Shown here one piece after another: positions 1 to 7,633 of a stretch of DNA of 13,282 bases (the stretch's first letter is position 1; the number at the start of each line of letters is the position of its first letter). The notes under the pieces were generated by a model. It was given only the letters and a program-made list of their open reading frames with translations, had not been told where the DNA came from and made no database searches. The position numbers and the translations under genes were made by a program. The stretch lies in the NCBI GenBank assembly GCA_029856365.1, contig JAHQWW010000107.1, positions 1 through 13,282 on the forward strand, in the 5' to 3' direction. Source of the DNA: Candidatus Hodarchaeota archaeon. GTDB lineage: Archaea; Asgardarchaeota; Heimdallarchaeia; Hodarchaeales; Hodarchaeaceae.

Positions 1-72
1 AGGGCTTGGTTATTAATCACGGCAGCTATTTTTTCATATGCGATCGGGGAATTATCCCAGATTTTACCTTAA
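1..72 (+). CDS. Probable 3' end of a membrane protein gene entering from the left edge (partial)
   Basis: Frame +1 reads RAWLLITAAIFSYAIGELSQILP* with TAA at 70-72. It is hydrophobic and TM-like, and a pyrimidine-rich tract follows. Only 23 codons are visible. Confidence 0.4.
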   Translation, partial: RAWLLITAAIFSYAIGELSQILP

Positions 73-141
73 GAATTCGAAAACTATCAGTGGTATTATC
101 CTGAAACGGAAACTCTATAAGAAATGAATCTAAGGAACAAC

Positions 142-172
142 CATTCCTATCCCTCTCTCTTCTTTTCTTTCC
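142..172 (+). terminator. Pyrimidine/U-rich tract, putative archaeal-type terminator between convergent genes
   Basis: cattcctatccctctctcttcttttctttcc lies between the + strand partial CDS and the convergent wHTH gene. Confidence 0.3.
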
Positions 173-215
173 AATCTTACCAGATGAAATAAGAATATTA
201 GTTATTGTGTGAGTT

Positions 216-656
216 TTACAAAGGTTTCATTGACCATATACGATAGGTTTCATAGCTGAAGAAGAGAATTCCACCTATTATAAAGAAGAGAAATAAGAAA
301 TCTTCTCTATGAATATCAGTGTATCCTCTATTTAAGATCAGCAGCAAATATAACAAACAACCTATTGTAAAAAAAGTAATATAGAACAGCATTCTAGGAA
401 TCATTCGTGTACCAATCTTAATGTAAAGGCCAAAAATCCCTGATTTCGCTGTTTCCTCAACAACATATTTATCAGCGGTTGATTTTGAAACCAAACCCGC
501 GTCAACAAGTTTATTCATGTGATAAGAGACTGTAGATGGCGAAGCTATCTTCAGATGTCGTTTTATTTCACGTATGCCACTCTCGCCATGAGTAAGTAAA
601 AACCAGTAGATTTTTAGGGTTTTCCCTTGCAATAATTCATCTGGCTGTTCCTCCAT
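216..656 (-). CDS. Winged helix-turn-helix (ArsR-like) transcriptional regulator with two C-terminal transmembrane helices
   Basis: N-terminal wHTH signature TLKIYWFLL..GESGIREIKRHLKIASPSTVSYHMNKLVDAGLVSK, followed by hydrophobic segments MLFYITFFTIGCLLYLLLIL and FLFLFFIIGGILFFSY. Confidence 0.85.
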   Translation of the reverse strand: MEEQPDELLQGKTLKIYWFLLTHGESGIREIKRHLKIASPSTVSYHMNKLVDAGLVSKSTADKYVVEETAKSGIFGLYIKIGTRMIPRMLFYITFFTIGCLLYLLLILNRGYTDIHREDFLFLFFIIGGILFFSYETYRIWSMKPL

Positions 657-688
657 TACTATAACTTCCGTGTCTTATAATACCAGAC

Positions 689-700
689 TATAAATATAAA
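689..700 (-). promoter_or_regulatory. Putative TATA box of the wHTH-TM regulator gene
   Basis: The minus strand reads TTTATATTTATA, 33-44 nt upstream of the ATG at 656. This matches the archaeal TTTAWA consensus, but the background is AT-rich. Confidence 0.45.
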
Positions 701-751
701 TAAAGTTAAGCAGGTAAAATTATAGTAATTATTTACATTAAAATGTGATTT

Positions 752-797
752 GAAAGAAAAAAAAGAGAGAAAAGAACTTCCCACCGTCAGTGGTGAA
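752..797 (-). terminator. Hairpin plus long U-rich tract terminating the DUF3160 gene
   Basis: Just after the stop at 806 the minus strand reads TTCACC-ACTGAC-GGTGGG (6-bp stem with two G-U pairs), then AAGTTCTTTTCTCTCTTTTTTTTCTTTC. Confidence 0.6.
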
Positions 798-805
798 ATT
801 TATTC

Positions 806-3004
806 TTAATCTTCTTTAATAGTAATCACACTTAGAATGGTTTCACTTGTATGTATAGTTAATGAATTGGATATCCATTTAGGTAATGAAGGAGGATTAG
901 TATCGAGCATTTCATGCCACTCTTCGTCACTTAAGCGATTGGTCATTGGATGTTTGAATTCATAATAAGAAAAAGCACCTCCACGAGTTAGGCGTAATTT
1001 TCCATTATGATCTTGAACAACAACATAGATAACGTAAGGATTACCTGTTGCTACCTCGAGTACTCGTCTAGAATTAACATCTGTATGAACATCTGCGATA
1101 ATGGCCATTCGGTCATCAGCTTCACTTTTCCATGGTTCAGCTTCAGGATCATGAAAACTGGCAATAGAAGCAATTTCTTCTCCAAACCGATTTATAAAAT
1201 CAAGATCACTATCGTTTAATTGTACATTCTCAAGTTCTTTGATACTGATCTCTACCAAACGGTTAAAATTAGTTGCAATAGCGTCAAGTTTGCTACTAAA
1301 ACCTTCAATGATTAACCCACGATCCTCTAATCCATCTTTCATCATTTGAACCAATGCTTCTAACCGTGCATAAACTTCAGGGTAGGGTTCAACATATCCT
1401 TTCAGGGGTTCAGTTATTGTACCCCTATAAGTATAGGATTGTTTGGCGTAAAGGATGGTATCATGACGTAACTCGGCCCATGAAGCAAGTACAGTCATTA
1501 ATGCTTTGTCTGACCAGGTATCACTACGCATAAAACCAGGATAACCCTCTGTTGCTGGGGTTAACATTGGAAACAATGAGTAAAGCCACAACCAATACAG
1601 ATTTTGTGTCCAATCATTGTCAGTTAGATTGGCAAATTCATCGCGAAGTTTGATGATCTGAGAACTATAATCAGAATAACTATCATTCTCTGATTGGAGA
1701 TGATATTCCGCTCTTGGACTACCAAAAACCGAAAATACATCCAAACCATTGGGAAAATAACGTCCTACTACTTTATCATCGACCAACTGCTGGAAAATAT
1801 AAGAGTCAGGAATAAATCTTTGACCCATAAGTCTAAAACCTTGAGTAACATTCTCATAGTCAAATGCTTCAAAAACAAACATTGAGTTTATTTTTGGTTT
1901 TCGATAAGTTTTAACCTCGTTAATCATGTCTAATATCAACTCATCCCTAGCTAAACGATCACCTTCAGGAGAATTGAACTTCTTCCAAATTTGGTAGTAT
2001 TCAGTGGGTGTTAAATCATCGCTAGCTCCAACATAAAAAGCTGTTGGTTGGTATACACGATCCCAATATTCCCAGACTGTTTCAAGACCTATAGTTTTGT
2101 TGAAGGATGATAAGAGTAACATAGCCATTCGAGTGTGGTTAATACCCATTTCAATCTCCCCAGACGGACTTTGGAGTAAAAATCCCATCCTACCAGCATA
2201 CATCATGGCTTTGAAATAATTTGATAAGAGAGGATTCCGTGTATAATGTCCTCGTACTTTATATTGAGTATAATCCTCTTCATATCCAAAAATAGCTGAT
2301 AGACTGCTTTTTTCAGCTTTTATTTTTGCCAATTCTAATTTAAAAAGACCTTCAACCTCTTGGGGAATCATTGTAGTATTATCGATTAAGTAAAGCATGA
2401 CAGTAAGATAAGCAATATTTTTGGTTAAAGCTTCCTTAACGTTATTTTCAGAAACTTCACCACTAAGAGCTATTTGTGCAGCTCTTAGAGCTTGCATCAT
2501 TGTCTCAAAATCATCATTAAAGTAGGTTCCTTCTAATATTCGTAGACTAATATCATATAATACATGGTAAGCATGGAGACAAAGATCAGTAGTTATAAAC
2601 TTTGGAAATTCTAAACGTGGATAGATTTCATAAATATCTTCATAGCCTTCATCAACTAAGGCAAAACCGTATTTTTCTAAGTTTTTTCGTAACTCAGACT
2701 GAATGGTCAATCCTTGTAAATCGATATTTTTCAAATTTGATAGAATCTGAGTAGGGACTACTTGAGGGTCATATGATAGATTCTGGGGGATATAACTTCC
2801 GAACTCAGTTTGAAGGCTTTTTTTTATTTTGTAAGTGGAGGCAGTTCCTTCGAGTAATGAAGGAGTATCCATACCTGGGATATTCATTGGAAAGCTTAAT
2901 GGATTAAAGAAGCCCATTGCAATGATGAAGATTAGAATTGCTGCTAACCCACCACCAATAGACGAAAAAAGGCCGTATTTTTTTAGTTTCCCATTTATTC
3001 TCAT
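806..3004 (-). CDS. DUF3160 domain-containing membrane-anchored/extracellular protein
   Basis: 732 aa with an N-terminal signal anchor (GGGLAAILIFIIAMGFF). Family-like motifs: FITTDLCLHAYH, DYTQYKVRGHY, YFKAMMYAGR, FRLMGQRFIPDS, WAELRHDTILYAKQSY, GYVEPYP, IADVHTD, GGAFSYYEF, RLSDEEW. Confidence 0.9.
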   Translation of the reverse strand: MRINGKLKKYGLFSSIGGGLAAILIFIIAMGFFNPLSFPMNIPGMDTPSLLEGTASTYKIKKSLQTEFGSYIPQNLSYDPQVVPTQILSNLKNIDLQGLTIQSELRKNLEKYGFALVDEGYEDIYEIYPRLEFPKFITTDLCLHAYHVLYDISLRILEGTYFNDDFETMMQALRAAQIALSGEVSENNVKEALTKNIAYLTVMLYLIDNTTMIPQEVEGLFKLELAKIKAEKSSLSAIFGYEEDYTQYKVRGHYTRNPLLSNYFKAMMYAGRMGFLLQSPSGEIEMGINHTRMAMLLLSSFNKTIGLETVWEYWDRVYQPTAFYVGASDDLTPTEYYQIWKKFNSPEGDRLARDELILDMINEVKTYRKPKINSMFVFEAFDYENVTQGFRLMGQRFIPDSYIFQQLVDDKVVGRYFPNGLDVFSVFGSPRAEYHLQSENDSYSDYSSQIIKLRDEFANLTDNDWTQNLYWLWLYSLFPMLTPATEGYPGFMRSDTWSDKALMTVLASWAELRHDTILYAKQSYTYRGTITEPLKGYVEPYPEVYARLEALVQMMKDGLEDRGLIIEGFSSKLDAIATNFNRLVEISIKELENVQLNDSDLDFINRFGEEIASIASFHDPEAEPWKSEADDRMAIIADVHTDVNSRRVLEVATGNPYVIYVVVQDHNGKLRLTRGGAFSYYEFKHPMTNRLSDEEWHEMLDTNPPSLPKWISNSLTIHTSETILSVITIKED

Positions 3005-3072
3005 TAAATCAACACCGTTTCTCTTTTATTTTTTGATTATCCCCACCAAATACGTCCTTAAATACCTATACA

Positions 3073-3133
3073 ATCGAACAGCCTATCCTAAAACTAGTAC
3101 AGCGCGTTTTAACTTACGAACGAGTTGTTCGAT
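3073..3133. promoter_or_regulatory. Putative operator: CGAAC-N5-GTTCG palindrome plus an extra CGAAC half-site upstream of DUF3160
   Basis: CGAAC at 3117-3121, GAGTT spacer, GTTCG at 3127-3131. ATCGAACAGC (3073-3082) matches the reverse complement of GTTGTTCGAT (3124-3133) at 9/10 positions. Confidence 0.45.
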
Positions 3134-3383
3134 ATTATGAACACGACTGTTTCAGTCCCAAGATAAGATTCAAGATTCCTTTATAGCAATAAACATACTC
3201 TTTTCACAAGGGCCAATATTTTTTGTACTCTATACCTTTCCTATCCATTTTATTACTCTTGTTTCTTTTAACACCAATAATTTATGCCTTGTTTCGTTAC
3301 TTTTTCATCATAGAACTGTATGATTTTTCCCAATTCCCTTTTATGCACTCTGTCAAAAGTCATTAAAAGTTTGAAAAATGATA

Positions 3384-3872
3384 TTAAAGCTTTTTAATTA
3401 ATAAATCTCCTTTTTTGTTCAATATTCCATTTTCTATCAATTCTTCTATGCTTCTTTCCAGTTCTTCTTTTTCTGGGGGTTTTTTTCCTTTAGTTAACTC
3501 AATCATAGTGGTATTCATGATAATGGCTGAACGATTCTCATATTTTCCCTGGAAGGCAGCAAGGATTTTCTTTTGATTTTCTGTAAAATTCCCTATAATT
3601 GCACTAGAAAGAATAATAGGCAGTTCTTCTTCCTCTTTTTCTTCAGGGATAGCCGAAGGTGATTTGGAAGCTTTTAATATTAAAAGAGGACCTTTTTTTT
3701 GAAAAATCCCTTCTTTAATCATTTTTTTGAGGCAATTGTTAATATCATCTTTAGATGGAGGTTTATTTCCTTGTTGGGCTTCATTCATTATGAATTGGAT
3801 GATGAATGCTTGTTCATTTTCCATTTTGCCAGGGAACTCTCTCAGTAGCTTTTCCTTTAATTCGTTTGACAT
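3384..3872 (-). CDS. Hypothetical protein made of two tandem ~62-aa winged-helix-like repeats with an acidic linker
   Basis: Gap-free internal duplication with 26/62 identities by manual alignment (F.GK.EN..A.I....M.E...G.KPP.K..........I..GI..KKG.LLI). Linker is SKSPSAIPEEKEEEELP. Confidence 0.8.
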   Translation of the reverse strand: MSNELKEKLLREFPGKMENEQAFIIQFIMNEAQQGNKPPSKDDINNCLKKMIKEGIFQKKGPLLILKASKSPSAIPEEKEEEELPIILSSAIIGNFTENQKKILAAFQGKYENRSAIIMNTTMIELTKGKKPPEKEELERSIEELIENGILNKKGDLLIKKL

Positions 3873-3896
3873 TTTACAAGACCATCGATTAATTAA

Positions 3897-4562
3897 TTAT
3901 TTAAATGCCCAAAATAGGCTTAATAAACCAGCAATATAAGAGATATGACCTGGATAACGGAACTCTGGGAAAAGAGCAAAATAACCAATACCAATCGTGA
4001 TCAATAATAATCCAATAGCTAATCTGAGTAACTTTTGGCGTAATACTGGATCGCTGCTAGAGTGTCTAATTCTCAAATATTGAAACATTGAAAAGAAGAT
4101 TCCTATTATTGGAATGAATAATAAAGCAGTTTTTCCGATAATGCCGAATTGCGGGTCCACCTGTTCAAAAATAACGTAATTATCAATGATTCTTCCTGAA
4201 TCAAAAGGAATTCCAATGATTACAAGAAAGACTAGAGCAATAAATCCAATCACTAGATTTATCTTTCTCTGAACTACAACGTCACCATATTGAACAATTA
4301 GCGCTGAAAATACTAGAAAAACTACTGCAGCAGTGGAAAAGAAAACGCTAATATCTCGAAAGAGATTTACTACTGATAGATCTTCGGTTCCGAGGAGATA
4401 GATGATCGACTCGAAGAAAAGGTAACCTGAAAAAGAGACCATAACCAATAAGAAAACTTGATTTAATGTTTGCGATCTATCTCTCCTTATAATAAATATC
4501 CCTATAATCATAGCAAGAACTACTTCAAATAACAATACTACTCCGTATAAGAGATCAAGCAT
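3897..4562 (-). CDS. Seven-transmembrane membrane protein resembling a stand-alone HisKA_7TM-type sensor domain
   Basis: 221 aa with seven hydrophobic segments, basic loops RRDRSQTLNQVF (after TM1) and RIRHSSSDPVLRQKLLR (after TM5), a longer loop between TM4 and TM5, and no cytoplasmic output domain. Confidence 0.75.
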   Translation of the reverse strand: MLDLLYGVVLLFEVVLAMIIGIFIIRRDRSQTLNQVFLLVMVSFSGYLFFESIIYLLGTEDLSVVNLFRDISVFFSTAAVVFLVFSALIVQYGDVVVQRKINLVIGFIALVFLVIIGIPFDSGRIIDNYVIFEQVDPQFGIIGKTALLFIPIIGIFFSMFQYLRIRHSSSDPVLRQKLLRLAIGLLLITIGIGYFALFPEFRYPGHISYIAGLLSLFWAFK

Positions 4563-4696
4563 GAAATTTTCCTCTATATTTCCCTATTAGATTGATTTTA
4601 CATTTCTTGACCAGTTTTAAATCTTTCATTATAGCGTGTTTTTATTGTTAAGAATTCTTGAAATTGACATTAATATTCTTTTATTAGTTTTAAATC

Positions 4697-4963
4697 ATGC
4701 CAAATTATGAAATTAAAATAACCGATATCCTTGAAAAAGGCAAATGTTTTGGTGTACATAAAGTTGGAGATGTGTTCACTTACCCTGTAGACAGAGGAAA
4801 AATGTGTCCCTCTGCTTTTCATTCAATCTTCCCAACAATACGGATTATGCAGAATGGAAGTAAAATGCCATGGTTTGATACATCTGATAGCCATTCTAAC
4901 TATTGTCTTAACTATAAACGCCCCGTAGTGTTCAAAACTTCATGTACAGAAAAACTAGAATGA
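4697..4963 (+). CDS. TIGR04076 family Cys-containing small protein
   Basis: Pattern IKITDILEKGKC..VHKVGDVF...MCPSAFHSIFP....Q.G..MPW....C....PVVFK. Confidence 0.8.
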   Translation: MPNYEIKITDILEKGKCFGVHKVGDVFTYPVDRGKMCPSAFHSIFPTIRIMQNGSKMPWFDTSDSHSNYCLNYKRPVVFKTSCTEKLE

Positions 4964-5016
4964 ATTTAAGTAAAAAGAATTAAAGGAGAATATTTTCCTA
5001 TGAATCTTTTGCTTAA

Positions 5017-5253
5017 TCACTGGTGTTCTTGTATTAACTCAATCAATTTGTTCTTATTGGGTAGTTCTCTCCCAAGAAATAGTTCTCCATTCCCGTTATC
5101 GAAATAATCTTCACTATCCACCATTGATAATTTCGGATTGGTGTTGGGATTGTTTATTACGAAAATTTTTCCTTGAGGGGTCCTTGTCAATCCTTTAAGA
5201 TATCCTTCGTTTGTGATTACAGCCCATATTCTATCTAACATTCTCTGATTCAT
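5017..5253 (-). CDS. Hypothetical protein, 78 aa
   Basis: ATG-initiated ORF with natural-looking composition. It does not overlap other genes and is convergent with TIGR04076. No family recognised. Confidence 0.6.
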   Translation of the reverse strand: MNQRMLDRIWAVITNEGYLKGLTRTPQGKIFVINNPNTNPKLSMVDSEDYFDNGNGELFLGRELPNKNKLIELIQEHQ

Positions 5254-5483
5254 AAGTTACAAATAACTATGAAAATATTTAACGATTAAGAGGACATAAT
5301 TTAAAATCAAAATTCCAGAAGAATTTTTTAAGGAAACTACCATCTTTAAAAATTTCTTCATTCAGCCAACAAAAGCGTGAGATGTTTTAAAACGTATCTT
5401 GCACAATGAAATATCATTATTAAGAAAATTCATCTCATTAAACGATTAGAAGCCCAATTAATTTCCTTAAATAAAGTGTAACT

Positions 5484-6056
5484 TTAAAGAGTAGGTTCAA
5501 TAATCTCCTTAATACACGTTGTGAAGAGATTTTAACCTATATGTAAGCAAGATTGAAACTTTGTTGTGTTGTATACTTCATTAAAATAATCACTCAAAGC
5601 ATAAGCTGCAATAATTAAAACATGATCTCCTAATTCTATTATTTTTACAACTTTACATTCCAAATGAGCAATGCATTCCATTATAATCGGAACTTTGACC
5701 TTTTTAGCTTTTTGTGGTGTTAGAGGCACTTTCTGAAATTTATCATAATTTCTACCTGATCGTCGGCCACAGAATAACACTGTTTGAGCTTGTTCATATT
5801 ATGGAATATTTACAACAAACTCCTCTCTTTCTATGATTAGATTGAACGAATAACGTTCTGCATGAATACTCATGGATAGAAGTGGAGGTTCAACGCTTAC
5901 AGGAGTGATCCAAGCGACAGATATTATATTGATTTTTTCATCTTTGCCCTTTGATGTTATTAAAGCTGTATTATATGGGTGTAAAAGATAGAGGGCCCTT
6001 TTGAAAGGAATAGGGACTGTTATGTTCGCATTCTTATTCATAGTTTTTACCTTCAC
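5484..6056 (-). pseudogene. Flavin reductase family (DIM6/NTAB/RutF-like) gene disrupted by two in-frame TAA stops
   Basis: ORFs 5799..6056 and 5532..5780 share one frame. Read-through gives ...EEFVVNIP*YEQAQTVLFCGRRSGRNYDKF...AHLECKV..ELGDH...CLHIG*NLFTTCIKEIIEPTL*, with stops at 5799-5801 and 5532-5534 and the likely original stop at 5484-5486. Confidence 0.85.
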
Positions 6057-6080
6057 ATTCTATTTGAAGATTATATGTAA

Positions 6081-7046
6081 TTATTTTTCAGCACTTGAAT
6101 TTAATTTGAGATTTGAACTCGCAAGATAGATTGAAAGAATTATCAAGAAACTTCCTAATATTCCAAAAATTGTCAAAATTTCTGATAATACTAAATTAGC
6201 AACGATCAAACCGACAATTATGTTTAATAAGAGGATTATATTCAATTTAGTAGCTTGAATGGTTTGATTAGCATAAATATATAAAATAAAAGGGATAATT
6301 GTGCAAAACAATGCAAGATAGATTATAGCTAACCACGCTTCCTTCGTTACTGATTCAATTCTCGGGGTTTGGCCTAAAGCAAACATTAAAATACCGATCA
6401 CTAGTACAGAGTAAAAATTAGATGAAGTAAATACTGCTGGAGGGTTATTCATTTCAATAATACCTTCTTCTGCTGCTTTCTTGTTAATTATGTTAGAAAC
6501 AATTGCGTAAGCGCCCCAAATTAGACCAGATAATAGAACTAGAAATGTGCAAATAATGAAAAATATCATATTTTCAGATGCAACATCAATTGAAACGCTC
6601 CAAGAGGCAATTAGTGATCCAATCATTCCTCCAAGTATAGCTAATTTCAACTTTTTTGTAACTTCAACTCCTAAAAAATAAGAAGACAGAATCGGTGTTG
6701 ATATCAGGTATGTATTCACCATTAGCGTTGCTAATGCAGCAGTTGTGCCTACTTGGCCTAAAAATTGTAAAGTATACGCTATTCCATTGATCAATCCAAG
6801 AAATACTATAAATTTATTCTTCAATAGTATAAAAATATCATCTCGTGTATTTTTATTAAGAAATAACGGAAATAAAAATAAAAGCGTTATTGAAAACCGA
6901 AGCATAAGGTATCCAAGTGGAGTTAGAGGGGGGGAAAGTACAGACAAACCAATTTTTACAACAATGTAAGGAGTTCCCCATAAAATTGCTGCTAGGATTA
7001 TTGCAATATAAGCTGAGGCACGATTGTTCACAGAGATTCCCTCCAT
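6081..7046 (-). CDS. DMT superfamily / EamA family transporter
   Basis: 321 aa, about 10 TM helices, two EamA-like repeats: AILWGTPYIVVKIGL..PL....LRF and LVLLSGLIWGAYAIV...WLAIIYLALFCTIIPFILY. Confidence 0.9.
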   Translation of the reverse strand: MEGISVNNRASAYIAIILAAILWGTPYIVVKIGLSVLSPPLTPLGYLMLRFSITLLFLFPLFLNKNTRDDIFILLKNKFIVFLGLINGIAYTLQFLGQVGTTAALATLMVNTYLISTPILSSYFLGVEVTKKLKLAILGGMIGSLIASWSVSIDVASENMIFFIICTFLVLLSGLIWGAYAIVSNIINKKAAEEGIIEMNNPPAVFTSSNFYSVLVIGILMFALGQTPRIESVTKEAWLAIIYLALFCTIIPFILYIYANQTIQATKLNIILLLNIIVGLIVANLVLSEILTIFGILGSFLIILSIYLASSNLKLNSSAEK

Positions 7047-7077
7047 TTATCAAAATATCCAGCAATAAAACACACGC

Positions 7078-7578
7078 TTAATCTACCCTCTTTATCATTT
7101 CAAATATCTCTATTCCATGATATTGTCTCTTTACCCCTGTTTTTCTAAATCCAAAACTCTGATATAGATTAAGAGCATTAATTAATGGCTGAAAACAATC
7201 TAATGACAAAGTTTTAACCCGCATTTTCTTTGCTAACTTATTAATTTCCCTTAAAATCAAGTAACCAATATTTTTCTTCTGAAAATCAGGTTTAACAGCC
7301 ATACTGCGTATATACCAATTTTCTTTTTCTTGCATTTCAATTGTTGCTGTTCCAAAAATGTTATTATCATATATAGCGACTAATACATCAACTTTCTTAT
7401 TCATAATACGAAGTTCAATTTCGTGTATAGAAATAACCGTAGTTTTGTACGCTTCTTCTGTATAATATTGATGAAAAGGAGCGAATGATTCAGAAAGAAC
7501 CTCACGGATATCCTGTGCCATATTAATAGAAGCTCTCTTAATGGTAACTCTGGTTACAATAGTTGAAATCATTAACAC
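7078..7578 (-). CDS. GNAT family N-acetyltransferase
   Basis: Motif A YIRSMAVKPDFQKKNIGYLIL and motif B NALNLYQSFGF. The true start is probably the ATG at 7572, which is preceded by GGGGTG. Confidence 0.9.
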   Translation of the reverse strand: MLMISTIVTRVTIKRASINMAQDIREVLSESFAPFHQYYTEEAYKTTVISIHEIELRIMNKKVDVLVAIYDNNIFGTATIEMQEKENWYIRSMAVKPDFQKKNIGYLILREINKLAKKMRVKTLSLDCFQPLINALNLYQSFGFRKTGVKRQYHGIEIFEMIKRVD

Positions 7579-7633
7579 CCCTAGTTCTTCCCAGAAAATA
7601 GTAATAGAACAAACTCAGTCAGTCATAATATTT

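Noticed and set aside
3117-3131. LexA/SOS (Cheo) box
   Set aside because: Spacer is 5 nt rather than 4, the context looks archaeal, and the downstream gene is not a DNA-repair gene. Kept only as a generic operator candidate.
1007-3140. + strand track ORFs 1007..1219, 1694..1885 and 2835..3140
   Set aside because: Antisense shadows of the well-supported DUF3160 gene (the last extends into its promoter region), with no recognisable motifs.
3224-3366. Short ORFs in the long intergenic gap: minus strand 3268..3363 (31 aa, MTFDRVHKRELGK...) and a ~47-codon hydrophobic TTG-started plus-strand frame
   Set aside because: Too short, mutually overlapping, and the hydrophobicity is explained by T-rich DNA. 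No supporting motif.
3897-4562. Rhodopsin or true GPCR call for the 7TM protein
   Set aside because: No retinal-binding Lys within TM7 (the only Lys is the terminal residue) and no DRY/NPxxY motifs.
5300-5449. Protein-like plus-strand frame KIKIPEEFFKETTIF...KA*DVLKRILHNEISLLRKF with an internal TGA
   Set aside because: No start codon, no recognisable family and no Sec-type context. It could be a gene remnant but cannot be supported.
5532-5801. Selenocysteine/pyrrolysine or stop-codon reassignment as the explanation for the split flavin reductase
   Set aside because: Both internal stops are TAA (Sec uses TGA, Pyl uses TAG), TAA terminates many intact genes here, and an additional apparent deletion points to decay.
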